DNA of 64,000 bases from Dehalococcoidia bacterium (GTDB lineage: Bacteria > Chloroflexota > Dehalococcoidia > UBA2979), in the NCBI GenBank assembly GCA_963667465.2, contig CAXXDN010000001.1:192001-256000 (forward strand). Direction: 5' to 3'. The notes beneath the pieces are model-generated. The model ran no database searches. It was not told where the DNA came from and saw only the letters and a list, made by a program, of their open reading frames with translations. A program made the position numbers and the translations under genes. Of the stretch, positions 1 to 8,817 are shown piece by piece (the first letter of the stretch is position 1; each line of letters opens with the position of its first letter).

Positions 1-528
1 GCGCAGCGGCCCGTCGGCGCGTCCGCCGACGCCGGTCACGATCCGTCGCAGCGCGCGGTCCTCGGCGTCCGTCACCCGCCGCCAGGTGATGCCACCGGGG
101 GCGAAGCCGTCGATCAGCCGGGAGCGCGCCGCGTTGTCGGCCATCGCTGCGAGGAAGTTGTGCGCGGACTGGATCGCGTGGAAGTCGCCGGTGAAGTGCA
201 GGTTGATGTCCGCCGCCGGCTCGACAGTCGCCAGTCCACCGCCGGAACCGCCGCCCTTCATGCCGAAGAGCGGCCCCAGCGAGGGTTGCCGAATCGCGAG
301 CACGGCGCGTTTCCCGATCTTCGCGAGCCCGTCCGTGAGCCCGATCGAGGTGGTGGTCTTGCCCTCGCCGGCCGGCGTCGGCGTGATCGCCGTGACAACG
401 ACCAGCTTCCCGGAGGCGCCGCCCTGCGGGATCGCCTCCAGCGGCACCTTCACCTTGTCGCGGCCGTACGGCTCGATCGCCTCCCAATCGAGGCCGAGCT
501 GCCCGACCACCTCGCGCATCGCGCGCAC
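1..528 (-). CDS. fhs: formate--tetrahydrofolate ligase, 5' part (runs off the window)
   Basis: Not in the ORF track. Manual translation from GTG at 528 (GGGAGG upstream) gives EPYGRDKVKV..KLVVVTAITPTPAGEGKTTTSIGL..RQPSLGPLFGMKGG..INLHFTGDFHAI, hallmark Fhs motifs. Confidence 0.93.
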   Translation of the reverse strand, partial: MRAMREVVGQLGLDWEAIEPYGRDKVKVPLEAIPQGGASGKLVVVTAITPTPAGEGKTTTSIGLTDGLAKIGKRAVLAIRQPSLGPLFGMKGGGSGGGLATVEPAADINLHFTGDFHAIQSAHNFLAAMADNAARSRLIDGFAPGGITWRRVTDAEDRALRRIVTGVGGRADGPLR

Positions 529-613
529 GGCGACCTCCCTGATAGTACCTACCCCTGTGGAGGGTACCGGATCGCGCATGCGACCCGCCGTAACGCCTGG
601 AGATCGCTGCCCG

Positions 614-1573
614 CTAGCCCCGGCCCACCGCCTCGTCGATGCGCGCCAGCAACTCCGCATCCAGGGGGCCGCGCGCCTCGGCGTCGGCGCACTCGCGCAA
701 CTCCTCGCGGTTCTTGACGCCCAGCACGACGGTCGAGACGCCCGGCATCGAGAGCGCGTAGCGGTGCGCGAGCGCGGCCGGCGACTCGCCGAGCTCGCGC
801 GCGAGGTGGCGGAACGGCGCGGCGCGATCGAAGTCGGCCGCGTCGCCGTGCCCTTCAGGCAAATCGCGGTCGATCGCGTCGGTGAGGGCGCCGGCCTGCA
901 CGGCGCGGATGCCCATCACAGCGACGCCCGCCTCGCCAGCCGCGGCGATCACCTCGCGCGGGCGCAGCGCGCCTTCGAAGCGCTGGATCGCCCCCGCCGA
1001 GTCGAGGAGGTTGGCGATGCACTGCACCGCGCCGGGCGGCGTTGCGGAGCGGAGCGTCGCAATCACGGCGTCGGGCACGCCGATGCCCGTGATGCCCCAC
1101 GCGCCCGCCAGCCCCTCCGCCACCAGGCCCTCCAGCGCCGGCCGCACGGCCTCCTCGAAGAGTGTGAGCGGCGTGCCCAGGTAGCGATCGGCGTCGGCAG
1201 CGGCGACGAGCAGGTTGTGCACGATGAACACGTCGACACGATCGAGGCGCAGCCGCGCGAGACTCTCCGTGAGGCTCGAGCGCAGCAGGTCCGCCACCTC
1301 CGAGGCCGGCGGCGCGCCGACGCGGCACTTGGTCGAGACGCGCACGCCGCCCGGGAGCCGCCCGCCGAACGCCTCGCCGATGACTCGCTCCGCCTCCCCG
1401 TCGCCGTAAGTCGGCGCGACGTCGAGCAGGGTGATGCCGAGCTCGATCGCCTCGCGCGTCGTGGCGACGCACTCCTCGCAGGTCGTCGCGCCCCAGACCT
1501 GGCCAATCCCCCCGCCGCCGAGGGTGAGCGCGCTCACGTCGTATCCGAGGCTGCCGAACGCACGTTGCTCCAT
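614..1573 (-). CDS. aldo/keto reductase
   Basis: MEQRAFG..LTLGGGG..LDVAPTYGDGEAE..STK..SLARL..DVFIVHN matches the AKR pattern. Confidence 0.88.
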   Translation of the reverse strand: MEQRAFGSLGYDVSALTLGGGGIGQVWGATTCEECVATTREAIELGITLLDVAPTYGDGEAERVIGEAFGGRLPGGVRVSTKCRVGAPPASEVADLLRSSLTESLARLRLDRVDVFIVHNLLVAAADADRYLGTPLTLFEEAVRPALEGLVAEGLAGAWGITGIGVPDAVIATLRSATPPGAVQCIANLLDSAGAIQRFEGALRPREVIAAAGEAGVAVMGIRAVQAGALTDAIDRDLPEGHGDAADFDRAAPFRHLARELGESPAALAHRYALSMPGVSTVVLGVKNREELRECADAEARGPLDAELLARIDEAVGRG

Positions 1574-1633
1574 GCCGCGAGCGTAGCGCCCGCGCTTGCG
1601 GCGAGACAATGGGGCAGTGGAGACGCGCTGGCG

Positions 1634-4408
1634 CTAGCTGATCTCGGCCAGCGACTCCTCGAGGCCGCGCAGGCGCGAGGAGGCCGTCGCGAGGCGCTCC
1701 TCCTCGCGGGCGACAACGGCGGCCGGAGCGCGCGTGCGGAACTGCTCGTTCGCGAGCTTCGCGTCGAGCTTCCGAACCTCGTCCTGCGCCTCGCCGATCT
1801 GCTTGCCGAGCCGCGCGCGCTCAGCATCGAGGTCGAACAGGCCCGCCATCGGCAGCACCACGCGCCCGACCGGCAGCACGGCGGTCACGACGCCCTCGGA
1901 CGGCGCATCCGAGGCGCCCGCCACCACATGCAGCGGGCGCACCCGCGCCAGCTGCCCGATCGCCGCCGCGAGGTCGCCGGCCGCCTCGGCCGCGCCGTCG
2001 GCGACGACGTAGGCCTCGACCCAGCGGCCAGCCTCGACACGCTTGGCGGCGCGCTCGTTGCGGATCGCGCGCACGAAGTCCTGCACGGCGGCCAGGTCGC
2101 GCTCCGCGGCCTCGTCGTGGCGGGCTGCGTCGGCCGCGGGGTAGCGCGCGACGATCAGCTGCGGCGCGCCCTCCGGGTCCGGGCGCGCCTCGGCGAGACG
2201 CTGCCAGATCTCCTCGGTAACGAAGGGCATGAAGGGATGCAGCAGCCGCAGCACGCGATCGAGGACGTGCGCCGCCACGGCGAGCGGGACGCCGTCGCCC
2301 TCGCGCACGCGCAGTTTTGCCAGCTCCAGGTACCAGTCGGCGAACTCGTCCCAGAAGAAGTCGCGCGTCTGGCGCAGCGCCTCGGCGAGCTGGTAGGAGC
2401 GCAGCAGCTCGTCGGCAAGCCCGACCGTGCGCTCCAGCCGCGAGAGCACCCAGCGGTCCTCGCGACGCAGCCGCGGGTCGCCTGCCGGCGGCAGCTCGAG
2501 GTCGGCGTCCGGCCCGGCGAGCGTGCGCACGAGGCGCGCGGCGTTCCAGAGCTTGTTCGCGAAGTTGCGGCCCGCCTCGAGGCGGTCGTCGGTGATGCGC
2601 TGGTCGTTGCCGGGGCTGGTGCCGGAGATCAGCGCGTAGCGCAGGGCGTCCGTGCCGTACTGCTCGATCACGCTGAGCGGGTCGACGACGTTGCCGAAGG
2701 ACTTGGACATCTTGCGCCCGTCGGGCGCGCGCACGAGGCCGTGCAGGTAGACCGTCTCGAAGGGGATGTCGCCGCCCTCGAAGCCGCGCATGTTGTAGAG
2801 CGAGAGCATGATCATGCGCGCGACCCAGAAGAAGATGATGTCGTAGCCCGTCTCCATCACCTGCGTCGGGTAGAAGCGCGCGAGGTCCTCGGCGTCCTCG
2901 TCCGGCCAGCCGAGCGTCGAGTGCGGCCAGAGGCCCGACGAGAACCACGTATCGAGGGTGTCCTCGTCCTGGCGCAGCGGACCGCCGCAGGCGGGGCAGG
3001 CGTCGGGGTCCTCGACAGCGGCGGTCGTCTTGCCGCAATCCCCGGCGTCGCAGTACCAGACGGGGATGCGGTGGCCCCACCAGATCTGGCGGCTGATGCA
3101 CCAGTCGCGGATGTTCTCCATCCAATGCAGGTAGGTGCGCTCGAAGCGCTTCGGCACGAACGCGATGCGCCCGTCACTCACGGCCGCGATGGCCGGCTCG
3201 GCGAGCGGCGCCACGTTCACCCACCACTGCTCCGAGACGATCGGCTCCACCACCGCGCCCGAGCGCTGCGAGTGCCCGACCGCGTGCGTGTAGGGCTCGA
3301 TCTTCTCGATCAGCCCCTTCGCCTCGAGGTCCGCGACGACGCGGTCGCGCGCCTCGAAGCGGTCGATGCCCTCGTAGCGCCCGGCATGCTCGTTGAGCGT
3401 CCCGTCCGGCGCGAGGATGTTGATCGTCTCCAGCCCGTGGCGCTCGCCGATCTCGAAGTCGACCTGGTCGTGCCCGGGGGTCACCTTGAGCGCGCCGGAG
3501 CCCGCCTCGATCTCGATCGCCTCGTCGGCGATGACCGGGATCGCGCGGTCCGAGGTGGGCTCGAGCACCTTGCGCCCGATCAGATGGCGCCAGCGCTCGT
3601 CCTCGGGGTGCACCGCGACGGCGGTGTCGGCCGGGATCGTCTCCGGCCGTGTCGTCGCGATCACGATGTAGTCGCCGGCCGGCGCGGCGGGCTGCGCCCG
3701 TTCCACCGCACCCCCGCCCTCTCCCTCCACGGGAGCGGGGGCCGGATCGGTCCCCGGCTCGCCGTCCTCGCCAACGGCGGGGTAGCGCACGTACCAGAAC
3801 GAGGACTCCACGTCGCGGTACTCGACCTCGAGGTCGGAGAGCGCGGTCTGGCCGACGGTGTCCCAGTTGATCATCCGCTCGCCGCGGAAGATCAGCCCGT
3901 CCTCGTAGAGGTTCACGAAGGTCTGGCGGACGGCGCGCTGGCGCGCCTCGTCGAGCGTGAACGCCTCACGATCCCAGTCCGCCGAGGCGCCGAGCCGGCG
4001 ATGCTGCTCGGCGATGCGCGCCCGTGAGGCGTTCACGAATTCCCAGACGCGCTCGAGGAAAGCCTCGCGCCCGATGTCGTGGCGGCTCACGCCTTCCTCG
4101 TCGAGCTGGCGCTCGACGAGCGCGTTGACGGCGATCGCCGCGTGGTCGACGCCGGGCACCCAGACGGTGTCGTCGCCGAGCATGCGGTGCCAGCGGATCA
4201 GGGCGTCCTCGACGGCGGCGGTGAGGGCGTGGCCCATGTGCAGCTCGCCGGTCAGGTTGGGCGGCGGCATGATCACCGTGAAGGGCCGATCGCCGCCCTG
4301 CGGCTTGAAGAAGCCGCCCTCCTCCCAGGCGCGATAGATGCGCTCCTCGACCTCGGAGGGGTCGTAGACGCTGCGCATCTCCTCGCGGGCGCCGTTCTCG
4401 GTCGTCAT
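1634..4408 (-). CDS. valS: valine--tRNA ligase
   Basis: PPPNLTGELHMGH (HIGH), DWCISRQIWWGHRIP, KMSKS, C-terminal coiled coil; start ATG at 4408 after GAGGAG. Confidence 0.97.
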   Translation of the reverse strand: MTTENGAREEMRSVYDPSEVEERIYRAWEEGGFFKPQGGDRPFTVIMPPPNLTGELHMGHALTAAVEDALIRWHRMLGDDTVWVPGVDHAAIAVNALVERQLDEEGVSRHDIGREAFLERVWEFVNASRARIAEQHRRLGASADWDREAFTLDEARQRAVRQTFVNLYEDGLIFRGERMINWDTVGQTALSDLEVEYRDVESSFWYVRYPAVGEDGEPGTDPAPAPVEGEGGGAVERAQPAAPAGDYIVIATTRPETIPADTAVAVHPEDERWRHLIGRKVLEPTSDRAIPVIADEAIEIEAGSGALKVTPGHDQVDFEIGERHGLETINILAPDGTLNEHAGRYEGIDRFEARDRVVADLEAKGLIEKIEPYTHAVGHSQRSGAVVEPIVSEQWWVNVAPLAEPAIAAVSDGRIAFVPKRFERTYLHWMENIRDWCISRQIWWGHRIPVWYCDAGDCGKTTAAVEDPDACPACGGPLRQDEDTLDTWFSSGLWPHSTLGWPDEDAEDLARFYPTQVMETGYDIIFFWVARMIMLSLYNMRGFEGGDIPFETVYLHGLVRAPDGRKMSKSFGNVVDPLSVIEQYGTDALRYALISGTSPGNDQRITDDRLEAGRNFANKLWNAARLVRTLAGPDADLELPPAGDPRLRREDRWVLSRLERTVGLADELLRSYQLAEALRQTRDFFWDEFADWYLELAKLRVREGDGVPLAVAAHVLDRVLRLLHPFMPFVTEEIWQRLAEARPDPEGAPQLIVARYPAADAARHDEAAERDLAAVQDFVRAIRNERAAKRVEAGRWVEAYVVADGAAEAAGDLAAAIGQLARVRPLHVVAGASDAPSEGVVTAVLPVGRVVLPMAGLFDLDAERARLGKQIGEAQDEVRKLDAKLANEQFRTRAPAAVVAREEERLATASSRLRGLEESLAEIS
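3703..3748. repeat. palindromic repeat copy inside the valS reading frame
   Basis: Minus strand GATCCGGCCCCCGCTCCCGTGGAGGGAGAGGGCGGGGGTGCGGTGG closely resembles the repeat unit GATCCGGCCCCCTCGCCCCCCGAGGGAGCGGGCGGGGGTGAGGGGG at about 32554-32599. Confidence 0.7.
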
Positions 4409-4476
4409 CCCATGCTCCTCGGGTAGCAGTCTCCGCGAGTAGCGGTCTCCTCGGATGGCTGTTCGTAACGCCGGGC

Positions 4477-4501
4477 AAGCAAAACCCCGCCGAAGCGGGG
4501 C
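4477..4501 (-). terminator. intrinsic terminator in the valS leader
   Basis: Minus strand GCCCCGC-TTCG-GCGGGG-TTTTGCTT: GC stem, UUCG loop and U tract, about 70 nt before the valS start. Confidence 0.75.
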
Positions 4502-4533
4502 GTGGGCGACCGGCGCGGCCCTCGCTGGGCCGG

Positions 4534-4569
4534 CTAGCCGCCGCTGGCTACAGCTACGTTCCCGTTCAC
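4534..4569 (-). CDS. putative valS leader peptide MNGNVAVASGG
   Basis: GTG AAC GGG AAC GTA GCT GTA GCC AGC GGC GGC TAG; two GTA Val codons; preceded by GAGGGC; lies between promoter and terminator. Confidence 0.55.
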   Translation of the reverse strand: MNGNVAVASGG

Positions 4570-4576
4570 GCCCTCG

Positions 4577-4606
4577 ATGGTAGGCAGCGTTCGGCGGAGG
4601 GGTCAA
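4577..4606 (-). promoter_or_regulatory. sigma70-type promoter of valS
   Basis: TTGACC (4606-4601), 18 nt spacer, TACCAT (4582-4577). Confidence 0.6.
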
Positions 4607-4628
4607 CGCGGGGGCACCCTGCTAGCGG

Positions 4629-4820
4629 AGTTACACTCGCCGCCGCCATTTGTTAGTCATCGGGCTCGCACTTACATGACGGGCCCCGCTTTGAAAGCAA
4701 AGTTTCACTTGCATCGCCACTTGTTAGTCATCGGGCTCGCACTTACATGCCGAGTGCCACTTTGAAAGCGCAGTTTCACTCGCCGTCACCATTTGTTAGT
4801 TTTTGCGGCATCACTTACAC
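4629..4820. repeat. 71-72 bp modular tandem array (about 2.7 units) upstream of Fic gene
   Basis: Identical 29-mer TTGTTAGTCATCGGGCTCGCACTTACATG at 4650 and 4721; third partial copy at 4793; AGTTWCACT at 4629, 4701, 4772; TGAAA-N6-TTTCA palindrome occurs twice. Confidence 0.85.
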
Positions 4821-4867
4821 TTCACGACCAGGCCCGCAACAACGCTAACTCGGAAAGGCGCCTGAAT

Positions 4868-5998
4868 ATGGATGCAGCGAGGTTCGTCAACAGCCGAGCC
4901 GGCCGTCTCGAGGAGACGACGAATGGGGCGCTGGCGTTCGTACCGGCGCCTCTGCCTCGGCTGCTCGAACTTTCGCCCGAGCGTGTGTACCAACTTGATG
5001 AGGCATCACGCGCGGTCGCGACACTGGCAGGCGCCGGGGAAACGCTGCCGAATCCACGCCTGTTGATCACGCCGTTCATGCGGCGCGAGGCGCTGCTCTC
5101 CTCGCGCATCGAGGGTACACAGGCCTCCGTCTCGGACGTGTACGCCACGGAGGCGACGGGCCGCCCGCACGGCGACGCGGATGAGGTCGTCAACTACGTG
5201 CGGGCGCTTGAACTCGGCATCGAGCGGCTCGCCGAACTCCCAATCTGCACGCGGCTCGTCCTCGATCTACACGCCGAACTGCTCACCGGCGTGCGCGGGC
5301 AAGACAAGCGCCCGGGCGACCTGCGAGATCTGCAAGTCTGGATCGGCCCGGAGGACAGCCCGATCGAGGCCGCCAGCTTCGTGCCCCCACCCCCCAACTA
5401 CGTCGCCGATCTGATGTCCGAGTGGGAAGCGTTCGTCCACGACGAGGCAGCGATGCCGCCCCTTGTTCGCAGCGCACTCATGCACCAGCACTTCGAGACC
5501 ATCCACCCGTTCCGCGACGGCAACGGCCGCATCGGGCGGCTGCTGATCCCGCTACTCCTGATCGAGCGCGGCGTCCTGCGCTCCCCACTGCTCTACCTGA
5601 GCGCATACTTCGAGGCCCATCGGCAGGCCTACTATGACCATCTCTCCCGCGTTAGCCAGACCGGCGAGTGGGATCCCTGGCTCGACTTCTTCCTCAGCGG
5701 CGTAGCCGAACAGTCGCGGGACGCCGTGCGGCGCACCCGAGCCCTGCGCGATCTGCAAGAGGAGTACCGGCAGCGGCTGCTCGCCGCCTCAGCGTCGGCG
5801 AACGCGCTGCTGCTAGCCGACGAACTGTTCCTCAGTCCGGTCGTGGCATACCGCATGGTCGCGGAGCGCCTAAGCATCACGGTTCCCGGCGCGCGCCTCG
5901 TCGTCCGCAAGCTTGTCGAAACCAGCGTCCTCAGCCCTTTCATGGAGACGAGCCCGCGACTCTTCGCAGCACGCGAGTTGCTCGATCTGTTGCGGTAG
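4868..5998 (+). CDS. Fic family protein (class II) with probable C-terminal HTH
   Basis: HPFRDGNGRIGR catalytic motif; N-terminal SSRIEG inhibitory motif; ATG at 4868 after GGAAAGG. Confidence 0.92.
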   Translation: MDAARFVNSRAGRLEETTNGALAFVPAPLPRLLELSPERVYQLDEASRAVATLAGAGETLPNPRLLITPFMRREALLSSRIEGTQASVSDVYATEATGRPHGDADEVVNYVRALELGIERLAELPICTRLVLDLHAELLTGVRGQDKRPGDLRDLQVWIGPEDSPIEAASFVPPPPNYVADLMSEWEAFVHDEAAMPPLVRSALMHQHFETIHPFRDGNGRIGRLLIPLLLIERGVLRSPLLYLSAYFEAHRQAYYDHLSRVSQTGEWDPWLDFFLSGVAEQSRDAVRRTRALRDLQEEYRQRLLAASASANALLLADELFLSPVVAYRMVAERLSITVPGARLVVRKLVETSVLSPFMETSPRLFAARELLDLLR

Positions 5999-6245
5999 TA
6001 GTCGCCCCCTCACTCCCCCAACCGCCGCCGCACCTCCCCTACGACCCGCGCCACGGACCGCGCGCGTGTCTCCGCCGTCCGCGCGCGCTCGAGGAAGGTG
6101 ACCGTGCCCTCGCGCTGCGCCTCTCTCAGCGACTCGAACTCCTCGAGGCAGCCGGGGAGCGCGGACGGGCGAGGAGCCGCGGCAGCGGGCTGCGCAGCGG
6201 CGGCCGAGCGCCTACCCTCGTCGGAGTGCGGAACGGAGGGACGGC

Positions 6246-6767
6246 ATGGAGCTGCGGGGCCTCGGCTACCCGGCCATCATCTGCAAGAACATGCAGCGGA
6301 GCATAGAGTTCTACTCCAAGCTCGGCATGCGCCACCTCTACACCGAGCCGAACCGCGACGACGCCGAGTCCGCGCAGGCCCTGCTGCACGCCGGCGGCGA
6401 CGCCTACCTGCTGCTCGTCGGACCGACCCACGAGGGCGTACGCATCGCCGAGGCCAGCCTCGGCGTCGGCTCGATGCAGTACCTGACCATCCAGGTCTCC
6501 GCCGCGTTCATGGACCAGGCCTACTTCGAGCTCTCCACCGCCGGCGTGCGCGGCAGCGAGGAGATCCGCCGCGGCTACGAGCGCCTCGTCTTCCTCGAGG
6601 ACCCGGACAACGTGCTGATCGCGCTCGTCGCCTGGTCGACCGAGCCGCCACCCGGCCTCGACCGCGCCGAGGTGCTGGCGCGGGCGGGGGAGATCAAGGA
6701 CGCCACAGGCGCGCCGTTCGTCGAGGACGAGCACATCCAGCAAGCGATCGCGGCGCTGAGCGCCTGA
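6246..6767 (+). CDS. VOC/glyoxalase-family protein
   Basis: MQRSIEFYSKLGM..VFLEDPDNVLI; GGAGGG RBS. Confidence 0.75.
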   Translation: MELRGLGYPAIICKNMQRSIEFYSKLGMRHLYTEPNRDDAESAQALLHAGGDAYLLLVGPTHEGVRIAEASLGVGSMQYLTIQVSAAFMDQAYFELSTAGVRGSEEIRRGYERLVFLEDPDNVLIALVAWSTEPPPGLDRAEVLARAGEIKDATGAPFVEDEHIQQAIAALSA

Positions 6768-6789
6768 ACGCCGGACGAGGAGCAGGCCG

Positions 6790-7575
6790 ATGCCGTACGC
6801 CGAGGTCCGCGACACCCGCAGCTGGTACGAGTTGCGCGGCGAGGGCCCGCCGCTGTTCTATATCAGCGGCAGCGGCGGCCCGCGCTGGTCGATGCCCGGC
6901 ACGCTCGACCCACTGATCGAGCGCTTCCGCGTGCTCGCCTACGACAAGCGCGGCCTCGGACGCTGCGAGGCGCCCGCGACGGTCTGGGAGATGGCGGACT
7001 TCGCCGACGACGCGGCGGCGCTGCTCGACGTGGTCGGCTGGGAGCGCTGCGCCGTGGTCGGGGCCTCGTTCGGCGGGATGATCGCGCAGGAGTTCGCGCT
7101 GCGGCACCCCGAGCGCGTCACGAAGCTGGTGCTGTGCTGCACCTCGCCCGGCGGCGACTACGCCTCCTACCCCCTGCACGAGCTGATCGACCTGCCGCCC
7201 GAGGAACGCGCCTCGCGCCGCGTCGCGGTCAACGACCTGCGCCACGACGCGGCCTGGCAGGCCGCGCATCCCGAGGAGTACGCGGAGCTGGCCGAACGTT
7301 CCGTCGGCGGCTACGCGAGCGAGGAGGACGAGCAGCGCCACCGCCGCCTGCTCGCCGCGCGCTCGCGCCTCGACACGATCGAGCGGCTGCCGCAGATCGC
7401 CAGCCCGACGCTGATCGCGGGCGGCCGCCACGACGGTATCGCGCCGCTCCGCAACCAGGAGTTGCTGCACGATCGCATCCCCGGCTCGCGCCTCGAGCTG
7501 TTCGAGGGCGGGCACGGCTTCATGCGCGAGGATCCGCGCGCGCTCGAGGTGATCGTGGACTGGCTCACGGCGTAG
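6790..7575 (+). CDS. alpha/beta hydrolase
   Basis: YDKRGLG, GASFGG nucleophile elbow, GRHD, GGHGF. Confidence 0.88.
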   Translation: MPYAEVRDTRSWYELRGEGPPLFYISGSGGPRWSMPGTLDPLIERFRVLAYDKRGLGRCEAPATVWEMADFADDAAALLDVVGWERCAVVGASFGGMIAQEFALRHPERVTKLVLCCTSPGGDYASYPLHELIDLPPEERASRRVAVNDLRHDAAWQAAHPEEYAELAERSVGGYASEEDEQRHRRLLAARSRLDTIERLPQIASPTLIAGGRHDGIAPLRNQELLHDRIPGSRLELFEGGHGFMREDPRALEVIVDWLTA

Positions 7576-7608
7576 CGTCCGGGGCGAGCAGCGAACGGAG
7601 GGACCGCG

Positions 7609-8817
7609 ATGCGCATCGCCGAGGCGAAGACCTGGGCCGTCGCCAACCCCAACCCGCAGCGCGGCGGGCCCTGCTGGATCTTCCTCAAGCTCACCACCGA
7701 CGACGGCATTGTTGGCTACGGCGAGGCCTACGGCGTCCCCTTCGGCGCCAGCAAGGTGCGCGGGCTGATCGAGGACGTCGCCGAGCGGCACGCGATCGGC
7801 CGCAGCCCCTTCGACATCGAGGCGCTCTGGCGCATCGCCTACTCCAGCGGCTTCGCGCAGCGGCCGGAGCTGACGATGGGCTCCGTGATCAGCGCGATCG
7901 AGCTGGCCTGCTGGGACATCGTCGGGAAGGCGCTCGGTCAGCCCGTCTACAACCTCCTCGGCGGGCGCGTGCACGAGACGCTGCGCTCCTACACTTACCT
8001 CTACCCCGCCGAGTCCGGCGAGGACGGCATGCGCTACGCCGACGCCTTCGACGACCCCGACGCCGCCCCGGCGCGCACCGCGGCCTACATGGAGCAGGGC
8101 TTCACCGCCGTCGGCTTCGACCCGGTCATGCCCTACGGCTCATTCGACCCGCGCCAGATCTCGCTCGCCGCGCTCGACAACATCGAGGAGGTCGTGAGGC
8201 GGATGCGCGAGGTGGCCGGCAGCCGTTGCGACCTGCTGATCAAGATGCATGGCCAGCTCACGACCGCCGCCGTGATCCGCCTCGCGCGCCGCCTCGAGCC
8301 GTACGAGCCGCTCTGGATCGAGGAGCCCGTCCCGCCGGAGAACCCGCGCGAGATGGCCCGCGTGGCGCGCGCGACCTCGATCCCGATCGCCACGGGCGAG
8401 CGCCTCGTCACGCGCCATGAGTTCGTCGACGTGCTGCGCTACGGCAGCGCCTCGATCCTCCAGCCCGCGCCGTCGCGCGTCGGCGGCGTCTTCGAGACGA
8501 AGAAGATCGCGGCGATGGCCGAGGCGCACTACGCGCAGCTCGCCCCGCACCTCTACGCCGGGCCGATCGAGGCGGCCGCCAACATCCAGCTCGGTGTCTG
8601 CTGCCCGAACTTCCTGATCCAGGAGAGCATCGAGGACTTCAGCGGCTTCCACGCGGAGCTGCTGAAGGAGCCGATCGAGTGGCAGGACGGCTACATCATC
8701 CCCTCGGAGCGGCCGGGCCTCGGCTACGAACTCGACGAGGCGGTCGCCGACGCGCACCCCTACGCGGGCGACGACGTCTTCCCGCACATGGAGGAGACCC
8801 CGTCGCCGACGGTGTGA
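7609..8817 (+). CDS. mandelate racemase/muconate lactonizing enzyme family (acid-sugar dehydratase-like)
   Basis: SAIELACWDIVGKALGQPVYNLLGG, WIEEP, IATGE, PGLG. Confidence 0.88.
   Translation: MRIAEAKTWAVANPNPQRGGPCWIFLKLTTDDGIVGYGEAYGVPFGASKVRGLIEDVAERHAIGRSPFDIEALWRIAYSSGFAQRPELTMGSVISAIELACWDIVGKALGQPVYNLLGGRVHETLRSYTYLYPAESGEDGMRYADAFDDPDAAPARTAAYMEQGFTAVGFDPVMPYGSFDPRQISLAALDNIEEVVRRMREVAGSRCDLLIKMHGQLTTAAVIRLARRLEPYEPLWIEEPVPPENPREMARVARATSIPIATGERLVTRHEFVDVLRYGSASILQPAPSRVGGVFETKKIAAMAEAHYAQLAPHLYAGPIEAAANIQLGVCCPNFLIQESIEDFSGFHAELLKEPIEWQDGYIIPSERPGLGYELDEAVADAHPYAGDDVFPHMEETPSPTV

Noticed and set aside
86-4027. 1313-aa plus-strand ORF and similar long ORFs (15030-18134, 26684-28564, 37129-38820, 50321-52402)
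   Set aside because: They are antisense shadows of recognisable genes, expected in high-GC DNA, and contain no motifs.
4410-4610. T-box riboswitch upstream of valS (also checked upstream of cysE-cysS)
   Set aside because: No GGTGGNACC T-box sequence or stem I motifs were found.
4650-4820. Possible CRISPR mini-array (29 bp repeat, 42 bp gap)
   Set aside because: Only two exact copies, the supposed spacers share conserved boxes, and no cas genes are in the window.
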